A stretch of 64,000 nt of DNA from Promethearchaeati archaeon SRVP18_Atabeyarchaeia-1 (lineage in GTDB: Archaea; Asgardarchaeota; Atabeyarchaeia; Atabeyarchaeales; Atabeyarchaeaceae): assembly GCA_037308085.1 (NCBI GenBank), contig CP147779.1:384001-448000 (forward strand), in the 5' to 3' direction. This document shows positions 18,581 to 28,405 of this stretch, piece after piece. The notes beneath the pieces were generated by a model. It saw only the letters and a program-made list of their open reading frames with translations. It had not been told where the DNA came from and did no database searches. Both the position numbers and the translations under genes were made by a program. The stretch's first letter is position 1; each line of letters begins with the position of its first letter.

Positions 18581-20368
18581 TTGAAATTGCTGATCAGGCA
18601 ACCGATAGTTGCAGTGCTGGGACATGTAAACGCCGGCAAAACCACACTCCTTGATAGGATTCGCGGAACGGCAATAAGTCTAAAAGAGGCTGGTGGGCTG
18701 ACACAGCATATAGGTGCCTCAAATCTTCCCAGTACGACCATAGAGAAGATTTGTGGAGATCTGCTTGAGAAGTTCAAGATCAAACTCGCCATTCCGGGTC
18801 TTCTGATTATAGATACCCCAGGCCATGAGATCTTCATGAACTTGAGGCGCAGGGGGGGAGCCGTGGCAGATATAGCGATACTGGTAGTAGATTTCATGAA
18901 GGGTCTAGAGGCACAGACTTACGAATCTGTAAGCATCCTGAAATCAAGAAAGACGCCATTTATAATAGCCTATAACAAAGTCGACAGGGTAGAAGGTTGG
19001 AGACCGACTGAGAACGCGCCATTTGGTGAATCTATCAGCAAACAAGCTGATTTCGTAAAAAAGCTCGTTGACGAAAGGATATACGAACTCATCGGAGAAA
19101 TGTCAAAAGAAGGATTCAGCGCTGACCGCTTTGATGCAATTACAGATTTCACAAAGAATGTGGCGATTATTCCGACGAGCGCGAAGACTGGGGAGGGCAT
19201 ACCTGAGCTGCTTGCAATTCTTGCAGGGCTTACACAGAGCTTTATGATGGGCAGGTTGCAGGTTGAGCAAGGACCCGCGAAAGGAACAGTTCTAGAGGTC
19301 AGAGATGAACCAGGTCTAGGAACTACTATTGACGTGATTATCTACAATGGCATACTGAGAAAGGGAGATACAATCGTCGTGGGGGGAAAAGACAAGGCGC
19401 TGGTAACCAAGGTCCGTGGATTGGTGCAGCCAAAGCCTCTTGTGGAGACAGGCGAGTCACGCGACAAATTCACGCATGTCGAAGAAGTCTCGGCCGCGGC
19501 GGGCGTAAAAATAATCGCCCCAGAGCTTGTCCATGCAGTATCAGGTGCGCCGCTGGTAGTCGCCAGCACTGAGCAGGACATCCAACGCGCCGTCGCGGAT
19601 ATCACCTCTGAGATAAATCGCATTAAGATCAACACAGACACGAAAGGAGTCATCCTCAAAGTCGACACACTGGGAGCGCTTGAGGCAATCGTGAAATACC
19701 TCGAAGACAGGAAGATACCCATAAGAATAGCCGATGTCAGTGACGTGTCCAAAAGGGACATCATGGAAGCGGCTGCTGTGAAGGAAGACGCACCCTTTTC
19801 GGCCGTTGTCCTCTCTTTCAATGTAAGGGTCATGCCAGAAGCAAAGGAAGAAGCTGACAGGCTCGAGATACCGGTCTTCAAGAACGACGTCGTGTACAAG
19901 CTGGTTGACGAATACGAGGGATGGGTAAAGGAGAGGAAGGAAGAGGAGAAAAGAAAAACAGTAAGCTCACTCGTGCTGCCAGCCAAGATAAAGATACTTC
20001 CAGGCTACATCTTCAGACGAAGCCATCCAGTCATAGTTGGAGTCGAGGTGCTTGCAGGAACGGCAAGGGCGAAAACAGGTTTGATAACTGAGAAGGGAGA
20101 CGACGCCGGCGAAATCGCCCAAATGCAGGACGAAGGAAAAACAGTCGCGCAAGCAACGAAAGGGCGGCAAGTGGCCGTCTCAATAAAAGGGAATATCCTT
20201 GTGGGCAGGCAGATCAACGAGGGCGACATCTTATATGCAAACATACCCGAACAAGATATCAGGATATTAAGAACAAAGCTTGAAGACGAACTCACTTCTG
20301 ACGATCTTCAAGTGTTGTCTGAGTTCATCGAGATAAAAAGGAAGAAGAACCCTGTTTTCGCCCTCTAA
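18581..20368 (+). CDS. infB: Translation initiation factor aIF5B (IF-2)
   Basis: RQPIVAVLGHVNAGKT, EAGGLTQHIGA, DTPGHE, NKVD, DTLGALEA. Confidence 0.96.
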   Translation: MKLLIRQPIVAVLGHVNAGKTTLLDRIRGTAISLKEAGGLTQHIGASNLPSTTIEKICGDLLEKFKIKLAIPGLLIIDTPGHEIFMNLRRRGGAVADIAILVVDFMKGLEAQTYESVSILKSRKTPFIIAYNKVDRVEGWRPTENAPFGESISKQADFVKKLVDERIYELIGEMSKEGFSADRFDAITDFTKNVAIIPTSAKTGEGIPELLAILAGLTQSFMMGRLQVEQGPAKGTVLEVRDEPGLGTTIDVIIYNGILRKGDTIVVGGKDKALVTKVRGLVQPKPLVETGESRDKFTHVEEVSAAAGVKIIAPELVHAVSGAPLVVASTEQDIQRAVADITSEINRIKINTDTKGVILKVDTLGALEAIVKYLEDRKIPIRIADVSDVSKRDIMEAAAVKEDAPFSAVVLSFNVRVMPEAKEEADRLEIPVFKNDVVYKLVDEYEGWVKERKEEEKRKTVSSLVLPAKIKILPGYIFRRSHPVIVGVEVLAGTARAKTGLITEKGDDAGEIAQMQDEGKTVAQATKGRQVAVSIKGNILVGRQINEGDILYANIPEQDIRILRTKLEDELTSDDLQVLSEFIEIKRKKNPVFAL

Positions 20369-20440
20369 GAATAAATAGATATAAAAACGCTTGATGTCTT
20401 ACCTACTGAGACATAAAAAACAGCGGAGGAATAGCAAACA

Positions 20441-20854
20441 GTGCCAGGAGTCAAGTTGGTTTTATCAGATCCCGCGACAAAGAAAGCCTACCAGATGGAG
20501 ATTAGTGATGACAAGGCGAGATCAATTCTGGGACGGAAGATGGGAGAAACCATAAGTGGAGAGACATTGGGACTTAAAGGATATGAAATCCTGATCACGG
20601 GTGGAAGCGACAAGGATGGTTTTCCGATGCGTGAGGATGTGCATGGAGAAGGCAGAAAAAAGATTCTGCTCGCAAGCGGTACCGGTTATCGCCCAACCGA
20701 GAAGGGAGTAAGGAAAAGAAAAATGATCAGAGGAAGCACAGTTACGCTCGAAATAGTCCAAGTAAATACCAAGGTCACCAAAAAGGGAGAGAAATCTCTT
20801 GAAGAGATCATCGGCAGCGGCGCCGTAGGAAAGAAGGAGGCTGAAAAGGATTAG
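20441..20854 (+). CDS. rps6e: 30S ribosomal protein S6e
   Basis: ITGGSDKDGFPMR, GVRKRKMIRG. Confidence 0.96.
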   Translation: MPGVKLVLSDPATKKAYQMEISDDKARSILGRKMGETISGETLGLKGYEILITGGSDKDGFPMREDVHGEGRKKILLASGTGYRPTEKGVRKRKMIRGSTVTLEIVQVNTKVTKKGEKSLEEIIGSGAVGKKEAEKD

Positions 20855-20903
20855 CTTGGACACACCGCTCATAGAGAGAGGAACCCCACTGAGGTGAGAG
20901 GAG

Positions 20904-22175
20904 ATTACCGAAGCCACCGAGAAAGAAAATGCTGACACGATACAAGCAGAGTTGAACATAGGCACCTGTGGCCATGTTGATCACGGGAAAACAACGCTTG
21001 TCAAAACCCTCTCGGGTGAGTGGACTATTAGGCATTCAGAGGAAATCAGAAGAGGAGTGACGATCAAGCTGGGATATGCCGACACGACAATCATGAGATG
21101 TTCCAAGTGTTCGGCTCCCGAATGCTATACAACAGATGCCATCGCCAAAGGAAAATGCCCCCGTTGTGGTGGAGATCTAGAGGTCCTCCGTAAAGTCTCC
21201 TTCGTTGACTCGCCCGGACACGAAATACTAATGGCCACAATGTTATCCGGCGCAGCGATAATAGATGGAGCGATCCTCGTAATAGCGGCAAATGAACCCT
21301 GTCCTCAGCCGCAGACTAGGGAGCATTTGGTGGCCTTGGAAATAATAGGTGTCAAGAATATTGTCATCGTCCAAAACAAGATCGAATTGGTTCCACGAGA
21401 GAAAGCTTTGGAGAACTATAAGCAGATAGTTCGCTTCACTAAAGGAACCACGGCAGAGCACGCACCCATCATACCAGTTTCAGCGATACATGGTGCAAAT
21501 ATCGACTATTTGGTCAAAGCCATTGAAGACAAGATTCCCACTCCACAGAGAGATCCCTCGAAGCCCATACGCATGTACGTTGCGCGCTCATTCGACGTTA
21601 ATAGACCCGGCGCAGAGCCCGATGAGCTTGTCGGAGGAGTAATCGGAGGATCGATACTTCAGGGAGCACTGGATGTAGGAGAGGAGATAGAGATTCGCCC
21701 AGGGGTGAAGACAAATGAGGGCGGCAAGGAAAGACACACCCCGATCTTCACAAAGGTTACGAGCTTGTCGGCTGGAAAGCAGATTAGATTGAAGGAAGCT
21801 AAACCAGGGGGGTTGATAGGAGTGGGCACAATGCTGGACCCTTCGCTTACCAAGGCTGACGGTTTAGTGGGAAGCGTCCTAGGCAGACCCGGTACACCTC
21901 CACCCGTATGGAATCAATTCACAGTTCATTATACGCTCCTAGAAAGGGCTGTCGGAACGGTCGGACAGGAACTAGTCGCGGCGATGCGGACAAACGAATT
22001 GCTCATGTTGAATGTGGGTACGGCAACCACAGCAGGGCTAATCACAAGCGCGAGAAGCGATGTCGCTGACATCAAACTAAACAGGCCAGTCTGCGCCGAG
22101 GAGGGCTCCAGGGTCGCAATAAGCAGGAGAATTTCTGGCAGGTGGAGACTAATCGGGTGGGGAAAGATCGACTAG
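20904..22175 (+). CDS. eif2g: Translation initiation factor aIF2 gamma subunit (probable ATT start)
   Basis: [39 protein letters not shown]. The first canonical start (TTG 20952) falls inside the conserved QxExNIG motif. Confidence 0.95.
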   Translation: MTEATEKENADTIQAELNIGTCGHVDHGKTTLVKTLSGEWTIRHSEEIRRGVTIKLGYADTTIMRCSKCSAPECYTTDAIAKGKCPRCGGDLEVLRKVSFVDSPGHEILMATMLSGAAIIDGAILVIAANEPCPQPQTREHLVALEIIGVKNIVIVQNKIELVPREKALENYKQIVRFTKGTTAEHAPIIPVSAIHGANIDYLVKAIEDKIPTPQRDPSKPIRMYVARSFDVNRPGAEPDELVGGVIGGSILQGALDVGEEIEIRPGVKTNEGGKERHTPIFTKVTSLSAGKQIRLKEAKPGGLIGVGTMLDPSLTKADGLVGSVLGRPGTPPPVWNQFTVHYTLLERAVGTVGQELVAAMRTNELLMLNVGTATTAGLITSARSDVADIKLNRPVCAEEGSRVAISRRISGRWRLIGWGKID

Positions 22176-22207
22176 AGGGCCAGAAGTGATTTCGGAGTAT
22201 TGGGCTC

Positions 22208-22669
22208 ATGATACCCGAAAAAAGAGAACACAATTGGCTCAAGGTGATATTCGACTCAAGCATGCTAATAGATCTCCCTGAACTCAAAATCGATCTTGTG
22301 ACCGAAACTGAAAGGGTTCTGTCAACAAAATTCATTCCAATAGTTCTGGCCGGGACAATATCAGAGATCAGGGACGTCCTGAAGAGAGCAAGTGGAGGGA
22401 AAAGAAAAAAGGAGTTAACACTTGTCCTCCAGATTGCTGAGAAGTTTAATAAGTTGAACTACTTTCCATTAAACAACGAAGACATGGACGAGGTCGTATT
22501 TCGGGCTGCGAAAGAGCTGAAGGCCGTCGTAGCTTGTAACGACTATGAACTCAGGAAAAAGCTAGTTAAAGCAGGAATGCCCGTATTGTTCGTGCGCGGC
22601 AAATCCCACATGGAGTTGGACGGTTACTTGGACGATCTAGGAACTCATTCCACAAGCCCAGTCATTTAG
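22208..22669 (+). CDS. PIN-domain protein (Fcf1/Utp24-like)
   Basis: VIFDSS...VACNDYELRKKL; usual position after aIF2gamma. Confidence 0.8.
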   Translation: MIPEKREHNWLKVIFDSSMLIDLPELKIDLVTETERVLSTKFIPIVLAGTISEIRDVLKRASGGKRKKELTLVLQIAEKFNKLNYFPLNNEDMDEVVFRAAKELKAVVACNDYELRKKLVKAGMPVLFVRGKSHMELDGYLDDLGTHSTSPVI

Positions 22670-22727
22670 CATCAAAGCTTAAAAGAGCGATGGAATTCTG
22701 TGATACCTCTGCGAGGAGACTACTGTC

Positions 22728-23378
22728 ATGTACAAACTAGTAACAGTTAAGGACATAATCAGAATACCTCCCGACCGCTTCGGAGAAGACATTGAAAAGG
22801 TGGCAATGGACATGCTTAACAAGGACTATGGGGGCGTGTCTGACCTAGACATAGGCTTTGTGATAAGCATAGTCGGAGTGGACAACGTCGGAATTGGCAA
22901 GCTGATACCAGGCGATGGGGGAGCTTATCACGAGGTGACCTTCAAGGTACTTACTTTCAAACCGCAGCCTCAGGAAGTAATCGAAGGAGAGGTCGTCGAG
23001 ATCGTCGAATTTGGAGCCTTCATAAGACTAGGACCTACCGATGGTCTCTGTCATGTGAGTCAGGTCACGGACGACTTCATATCATACAATATGAAGAAAT
23101 CACAACTTCTTGCAAAAGAGTCGAGAAGGATCCTGAGCGAGGGGGACAAGGTTCGTGCAAGAATTATCGCCATATCGCTCGGCGAGGGCAGCAGACGAGG
23201 CAAAATCGGCCTGACAATGAGACAACCGTTCCTAGGAAAACTGGATTGGTTCCGAAAAGAAGAGAAAGAGCAGAAGGAAGGAGCCGAACAGAAAGAGCCA
23301 AAGGAACTCGAGGAGCAGAAAGAGGAAAAGGATGAGGGAAAAAGGAAAGAGAAAGAGCCGGCTGAGGCCGCACAGTAG
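22728..23378 (+). CDS. rpoE1: DNA-directed RNA polymerase subunit E' (Rpo7)
   Basis: IRIPP, PGDGGAYH, FGAFIRLGPTDGLCHVSQ, LTMRQPFLGK. Confidence 0.96.
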   Translation: MYKLVTVKDIIRIPPDRFGEDIEKVAMDMLNKDYGGVSDLDIGFVISIVGVDNVGIGKLIPGDGGAYHEVTFKVLTFKPQPQEVIEGEVVEIVEFGAFIRLGPTDGLCHVSQVTDDFISYNMKKSQLLAKESRRILSEGDKVRARIIAISLGEGSRRGKIGLTMRQPFLGKLDWFRKEEKEQKEGAEQKEPKELEEQKEEKDEGKRKEKEPAEAAQ

Positions 23379-23467
23379 CGCCATTAGGGACGAAACTGGC
23401 AGAAACCCTTGAGATGCTCTTTGTTTGGCCTGCAACTAAAAGATCAAGAGGAGATAGCTAACTACCG

Positions 23468-23662
23468 ATGAGAGGAAAGGCTTGCAGAAACTGCAACTTG
23501 ATTGTGAGTGGAACCGCCAAACGCTCTTGTGAAAACTGTAAATCCTCTGACTTTTCCACGGATTATCAGGGGTTAGTCATAATCATAGATCCCGAAAGAT
23601 CCATGATTGCCAAGAAACTAGACGTGACGAGGAAAGGATGGTATGCAATCAAGGTCCGATAA
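23468..23662 (+). CDS. spt4: Transcription elongation factor Spt4 (RpoE'')
   Basis: ACRNC...CENC, GLVIIIDPERS, YAIKVR. Confidence 0.93.
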   Translation: MRGKACRNCNLIVSGTAKRSCENCKSSDFSTDYQGLVIIIDPERSMIAKKLDVTRKGWYAIKVR

Positions 23663-24185
23663 TAAGCACAAGACAGCCAAACTGCCTGACTCACTTCGAG
23701 AGGAATTATCCAAACCTCGTGGAAAACTTGTGAAGGGAAAGCAAGCCGAAGTCTCAAGAAGAGTATTCGAGTTCCTTGAGAATTCAAAACCCTCCAAGAT
23801 AATCACCGTGGGGGATGTCGTGACCCGCAGCATGATCGATGCCGGGCTTAGACCCGACTTATCAATCGTAGACGGAAAGACTCTGAGAGGTCCAGAAGAG
23901 AGCATTGACTACCCGGTCGACAGAACGTACCCTCTGGTCAACCCTCCAGGTCTCATAACTGCAAACGCGTGGAAAATCATTGGGAAAGCGTTAAAAGAAA
24001 AAGGAAAAATCAAGGTAGTTGTAGACGGAGAAGAGGATCTGCTCGGAATACTTGTAGTCTTACTAGCCCCGAAGGGAAGTCTGATGCTATACGGACAACC
24101 AAGGGAAGGGATTGTAATAGTAACTGTGGACGAACAAGCAAGAAGGTTCGCCAAGGGAATACTCAAACAAATGGAGGAACAGTGA
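23643..24185 (+). CDS. GTP-dependent dephospho-CoA kinase (DUF359)
   Basis: TVGDVVT, VDGKT, NPPG, GEEDL, YGQP. Confidence 0.9.
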   Translation: MQSRSDNKHKTAKLPDSLREELSKPRGKLVKGKQAEVSRRVFEFLENSKPSKIITVGDVVTRSMIDAGLRPDLSIVDGKTLRGPEESIDYPVDRTYPLVNPPGLITANAWKIIGKALKEKGKIKVVVDGEEDLLGILVVLLAPKGSLMLYGQPREGIVIVTVDEQARRFAKGILKQMEEQ

Positions 24186-24583
24186 AATTGAGCCTAAAGA
24201 TCGATGTATTATCGGATCAGGAGGACAAGCTTCTAGAAAGGAGGCAGATCAGCTTCAGGATCACCCATGCCAAGACAGCCACTCCTAAACGTATTGATAT
24301 ACGCAAGGAGTTAGCGGATCAACTGAAAGTGGATCCCGAGACGATAGTCCTGAGACCCCTACGCCAGAAGTTCGGCAAAGGCGAGGCAGACGGAACCGCC
24401 CTAGTGTACAAGTCGGTTGAGAGGGCACACCTCATCGAGCGCAACTATCTTTCAGACAGACTCAAACCCAAAGAAAAGAAGGAAGAGAAGGAAGAGAAAC
24501 CCGCCGCAGAGAAACCTCCGAAGGAAGAGAAGAAGGCGGAGAAGAAGGCAGAAAAGAAAGAGGAGAAGAAGGATGTCAAGTGA
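24182..24583 (+). CDS. rps24e: 30S ribosomal protein S24e with K/E-rich tail
   Basis: LLERRQI, ATPKR, KFG, ALVY; real start GTG 24182 or TTG 24188. Confidence 0.9.
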   Translation: MKLSLKIDVLSDQEDKLLERRQISFRITHAKTATPKRIDIRKELADQLKVDPETIVLRPLRQKFGKGEADGTALVYKSVERAHLIERNYLSDRLKPKEKKEEKEEKPAAEKPPKEEKKAEKKAEKKEEKKDVK

Positions 24584-25058
24584 AGAAGCAAAGAAAAAGA
24601 AGCCGACAGCTGAAGAAGCAGGGAAGAAGCCAACAGCTGGTGTAGCCGCAAAGAAGCCAACAGCTGAAGAAGCAGGGAAGAAGCCAACAGCTGGTGTAGC
24701 CGCAAAGAAGCCAACAGCTGAAGAAGCAGGGAAGAAGCCAACAGCTGGTGTAGCCGCAAAGAAGCCAACAGCTGAAGAAGCCGCAAAGAAGCCAGCAGCT
24801 GAAGAAGCCGCAAAGAAGCCAGCACCCGCAGTGGCGCCAAGGAAGCCAGCAGCTGAAGAAGCCGCAAAGAAGAAAAAGAAGAAGGCTGTCAAAGCATCCT
24901 CGTACTATAAGATCGCCGACGGGGGCGCTCTGCAAAGGAAGCTGCGATCCTGCCCCAGATGTGGCCCAGGAACCTTTCTCGCCGAGCACTACGACCGAAT
25001 CTCGTGCGGCAAGTGCGGGTATTCAGAATACAAGCGCAAGGGTGAGCCCTCTGGTTGA
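24573..25058 (+). CDS. rps27ae: 30S ribosomal protein S27ae (eS31) with tandem-repeat N-terminal extension
   Basis: C-terminal YYKI...[24 protein letters not shown]; ATG 24573 overlaps the end of rps24e. Confidence 0.93.
   Translation: MSSEEAKKKKPTAEEAGKKPTAGVAAKKPTAEEAGKKPTAGVAAKKPTAEEAGKKPTAGVAAKKPTAEEAAKKPAAEEAAKKPAPAVAPRKPAAEEAAKKKKKKAVKASSYYKIADGGALQRKLRSCPRCGPGTFLAEHYDRISCGKCGYSEYKRKGEPSG
24597..24870 (+). repeat. Coding tandem repeat: 27-bp units ([18 protein letters not shown]) forming a 54-bp higher-order repeat x3 plus degenerate copies
   Basis: aagaagccaacagctgaagaagcaggg alternates with aagaagccaacagctggtgtagccgca. Confidence 0.95.
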
Positions 25059-25350
25059 TCTGGGCGGTTTCCTTGCTCGAATCCACTCTATCTCATTTTG
25101 TAGTGTTACGCTGACAGCGGAACCCATCCGTTTTTCCGCACCGGTATATTAATCCTGTTGACAGCTGTTTGCGGTCGCTGTTCGTGCGCTTGTTCCGTGT
25201 TTTGCATCCCCTTGTTCCTGCGGAAGAGGTTTAGCGCCTTGAGCGTGTATTGGGGAAAGGTAATTAATAGACTTGGTTGAAGTGTAATCTAATGGAAAGG
25301 GACTTGGACTCTGGGAATTGGCAACCTATTATTGTTGCGGATGGACGAGT

Positions 25351-26361
25351 ATGTTTGAAGCAGGAAGACCTCTGATTTGTCTGGGGATCGAAGGCACTGC
25401 TCACACGGTAGGCGTCGGGATCGTTAATAGCGAGGGTAGGGTCTTAGCCAACCCCAGAAGCGAGTATGTTCCCAAGCAAGGAGGGATACATCCCCGAGAG
25501 GCGGCTGAGCACCACGCGTTGACGGTCTCCAAGCTGGTTGAGGAGGCGCTCCAGATAGCAGAGTTGAAGGAGAGGAGCGTCGATGTCATTTCATTTTCGA
25601 TGGGTCCAGGGCTAGGTCCGTGTCTGCGCGTCGTCGCAACCGCCGCCAGAACCCTTTCATACTTGTTCAAGAAGCCTCTTGTGGGCGTTAACCACTGTCT
25701 AGCCCACATCGAGATAGGGAGACTAGCTACAAAGGCAGCAGATCCTCTGACATTATATGTGAGTGGAGGAAACACGATCGTTACGGCATTTGAGTCTGGA
25801 CGTTACAGAGTTTTCGGCGAGACGCTTGATATTGCCGTCGGTAATTTGCTCGATGCCTTTGCAAGACAGGCTGGAATATCCCACCCTGGAGGACCGAAAA
25901 TCGAACGATTCGCTTTAGGAGGGAAGGATCTTCTCGATTTGCCTTACACGGTGAAGGGAATGGATTTATCGTTCTCAGGTCTCCTTACCGCAGCAACTGA
26001 TGTACTGAGAAGCGACAAGTATCGTCTAGAGGACATATGCTACAGCCTGCAGGAAGTAGCTTTCTCAATGCTTGCGGAGGTCACTGAGCGGGCTCTTGCG
26101 CATACGGAGAAGAAAACTGTACTACTTACTGGTGGCGTTGCAGCTAACAAGAGATTGCAGGAAATGGTGTCAATGATCTCAAAGGAGCACGGGGCTCAAT
26201 TCAACGTTGTCCCGGCTGAATATGCTGGCGACAACGGAGCCATGATAGGTTGGATGGGAATCATTCAGTTCAAATCAGGCATGACTTCGCCAGTCGAAGA
26301 GTCTTTCATAAGGCCCAAGTGGCGCCTTGATGAGGTAGATGTTCCATGGAGAAAGAACTGA
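25351..26361 (+). CDS. kae1: KEOPS t6A synthase Kae1
   Basis: LGIEGTAHT, GGIHPREAAEHH, GPGLGPCL, VNHCLAHIE, DNGAMI. Confidence 0.96.
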   Translation: MFEAGRPLICLGIEGTAHTVGVGIVNSEGRVLANPRSEYVPKQGGIHPREAAEHHALTVSKLVEEALQIAELKERSVDVISFSMGPGLGPCLRVVATAARTLSYLFKKPLVGVNHCLAHIEIGRLATKAADPLTLYVSGGNTIVTAFESGRYRVFGETLDIAVGNLLDAFARQAGISHPGGPKIERFALGGKDLLDLPYTVKGMDLSFSGLLTAATDVLRSDKYRLEDICYSLQEVAFSMLAEVTERALAHTEKKTVLLTGGVAANKRLQEMVSMISKEHGAQFNVVPAEYAGDNGAMIGWMGIIQFKSGMTSPVEESFIRPKWRLDEVDVPWRKN

Positions 26362-26370
26362 CGGGGGCGC

Positions 26371-27024
26371 ATGACTAATATGCTCTTCAAGAAAGGGGCC
26401 GAGGCTTATCTCTACAAGGAGAACTGGTACGGCTTGGAGGTCATAAGAAAGAAGAGAGTCCAGAAAAGCTACAGAGCTCAGCAACTGGATTCTAGTATCA
26501 GACGATCTAGGACGGTACGTGAAGCAAGGCTTATGTTTGAAGCTTGTAGACTCGGGGTCCCCACTCCAAGCATATACTTTGTTGACCAACCTGAGTCGAC
26601 AATTATTATGGAATATATCGAGGGTAGCAAGTTAAAGGATGTTGTGGATTCACTGCAACAAGAAGTACGAGACAAGATTTTCGAGAGGGTGGGTCAACAG
26701 ATCGGGGTACTGCACGCGAACGACATAATACACGGCGACTTAACTACCTCCAACATGATCCTTACTCCCTCGCAGAAAATATTCTTCGTCGACTTTGGAC
26801 TTGGGGAGTTCTCGTCATCAATCGAAGATAAGGGAGTGGACATGCATCTAATGCATAGGGCGTTGGAAAGCACACATTATGCTAATTCCCTCCAAGCATA
26901 CAGATCGATTGTCGAAAGATATGAAAAGACAATCGGCGAAAAAAGCGCTGCAGAGATAATGAATAGAGTCCACGAAATTGAGTTGAGAGGTAGGTACTTT
27001 AAACGCGAGGCGAGTAGAACTTAG
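26371..27024 (+). CDS. bud32: KEOPS kinase Bud32
   Basis: KGAEA, HGDLTTSN, VDFGL, RGRY. Confidence 0.95.
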   Translation: MTNMLFKKGAEAYLYKENWYGLEVIRKKRVQKSYRAQQLDSSIRRSRTVREARLMFEACRLGVPTPSIYFVDQPESTIIMEYIEGSKLKDVVDSLQQEVRDKIFERVGQQIGVLHANDIIHGDLTTSNMILTPSQKIFFVDFGLGEFSSSIEDKGVDMHLMHRALESTHYANSLQAYRSIVERYEKTIGEKSAAEIMNRVHEIELRGRYFKREASRT

Positions 27025-27037
27025 AACGCCGAGAGGT

Positions 27038-27631
27038 TTGCTAGTAATGGTAGCTCGTCGCATTGATATCAACTTCGCTTCCAGTAATCCCGACAAGATA
27101 TCCGAAGTCAGGGAAATTCTGAGGAACCACAATATTGGAACTAATCCAATGAATTCAAAGGTCAGAGAGATCCAAGCCAATAGTCTTGAGGAGATAGCAG
27201 CTGACTCGGCAAAGACCACCGCAGATTCCTTGGGCAAGACTGTTGTTGTGGAAGACGCCGGGCTATTCATAATCAGTCTGAGAGGCTTTCCTGGTCCCTA
27301 CTCTTCATACGTGCACAACGCCATTGGATGCGCAGGGATACTTCAACTGATGGAGAGAGAAACTGAGAGAAGCGCGGTCTTTCGATCCGCAGTGTCATAT
27401 TGTGATCCCAAGTCTGAACCCGAAGTTTTCACGGGTGAAATTAGAGGCGAGATCTCTCTCGCTGAGAGGAGCGGAAGGAGATTTGGCTACGACCCAATCT
27501 TCATTCCAGAGGAACTTGACGGAAGAGCTTTCTCAGAACTGAATCTGAATGAGAAAAACAGGATTTCACACCGATCTAGGGCTTTCGGGAAGCTTGCCCA
27601 CTGGCTTCTGCTGAAGGCGAAAAACCCATGA
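27038..27631 (+). CDS. rdgB: Non-canonical purine NTP pyrophosphatase (RdgB/HAM1)
   Basis: SSNPDK, EDAGL, GFPGPYS, FGYDPIF, SHR. Confidence 0.94.
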   Translation: MLVMVARRIDINFASSNPDKISEVREILRNHNIGTNPMNSKVREIQANSLEEIAADSAKTTADSLGKTVVVEDAGLFIISLRGFPGPYSSYVHNAIGCAGILQLMERETERSAVFRSAVSYCDPKSEPEVFTGEIRGEISLAERSGRRFGYDPIFIPEELDGRAFSELNLNEKNRISHRSRAFGKLAHWLLLKAKNP

Positions 27632-27772
27632 ACACCCTTGCCGATACCTCACCCGGGCAGGGCCCAAAGCACCAAAGATTTATAAAAAATGCGCGTTTAT
27701 CCTTCTCAACAAGCAATTTGAGACCTTCAAATGAGTATCATCCGCTGAGTCCATGGAAATCTGGTGTTGAAC

Positions 27773-28228
27773 TTGGCTAGAATGCACAGCAAAGCTCACG
27801 GGAAATCGGAGTCAAAGAGACCTATCAGAAGCAAGGCTCCCGATTGGGTTAAGGCTAAACCAGAATGGGTCGCCGACAAGGTTGTTGAATTAACCAGAAA
27901 GGGTATGTCTCAATCCATGATAGGTATGACCCTGCGCGACCAATATGGTATCCCGCTCACGAAACATGTGGCAGGCAAGAAGATATCCGAGATCTTGAAA
28001 GAGCGACAAGTCACCCCGGCGTTGCCGCAGGATTTGCTTGATCTCGTAAGAAAAGCCATAGATCTGAGAAGGCATCTCGAAAACAACAAGAAAGATCTTC
28101 ACGGGAAACTAGGGTTAATGAGGATCGAAAGTAAGGTCCATCGGTTAGCAAAATACTACGTTAGGGAAGGCGTGCTCCCGAAGGACTGGAAGTATGTGCC
28201 AGAGAAGATGGTCTTGTTGGTGAGGTAG
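27773..28228 (+). CDS. rps15: 30S ribosomal protein S15 (uS15)
   Basis: ARMH...GKSESKRP, LRDQYGIP, IESKVHRLAKYY. Confidence 0.96.
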   Translation: MARMHSKAHGKSESKRPIRSKAPDWVKAKPEWVADKVVELTRKGMSQSMIGMTLRDQYGIPLTKHVAGKKISEILKERQVTPALPQDLLDLVRKAIDLRRHLENNKKDLHGKLGLMRIESKVHRLAKYYVREGVLPKDWKYVPEKMVLLVR

Positions 28229-28405
28229 GAGAACCCCACCTCTATCCGCGTTCTCTTTTTGTGGATCCTTTCTCACCTTCTTCTTGTGTTGCTTGAGGGC
28301 GCTGCTACTTTAGTGTGTATCAAATACTAATAAGCGGGAGAAGCACAGTTCTTACAATCGAGATCCAGTCGGTCCGCAAGCGCGGTAAAAAGAGCAGGGC
28401 AGCTA

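Noticed and set aside
19342-19986. Long antisense ORFs (this one, 31031-31663, 37133-37717, 52993-53505 and others)
   Set aside because: They are shadows of well-supported genes on the opposite strand.
24597-24870. CRISPR array
   Set aside because: Units are contiguous, in frame and have no unique spacers; this is a coding repeat. No cas genes in the window.
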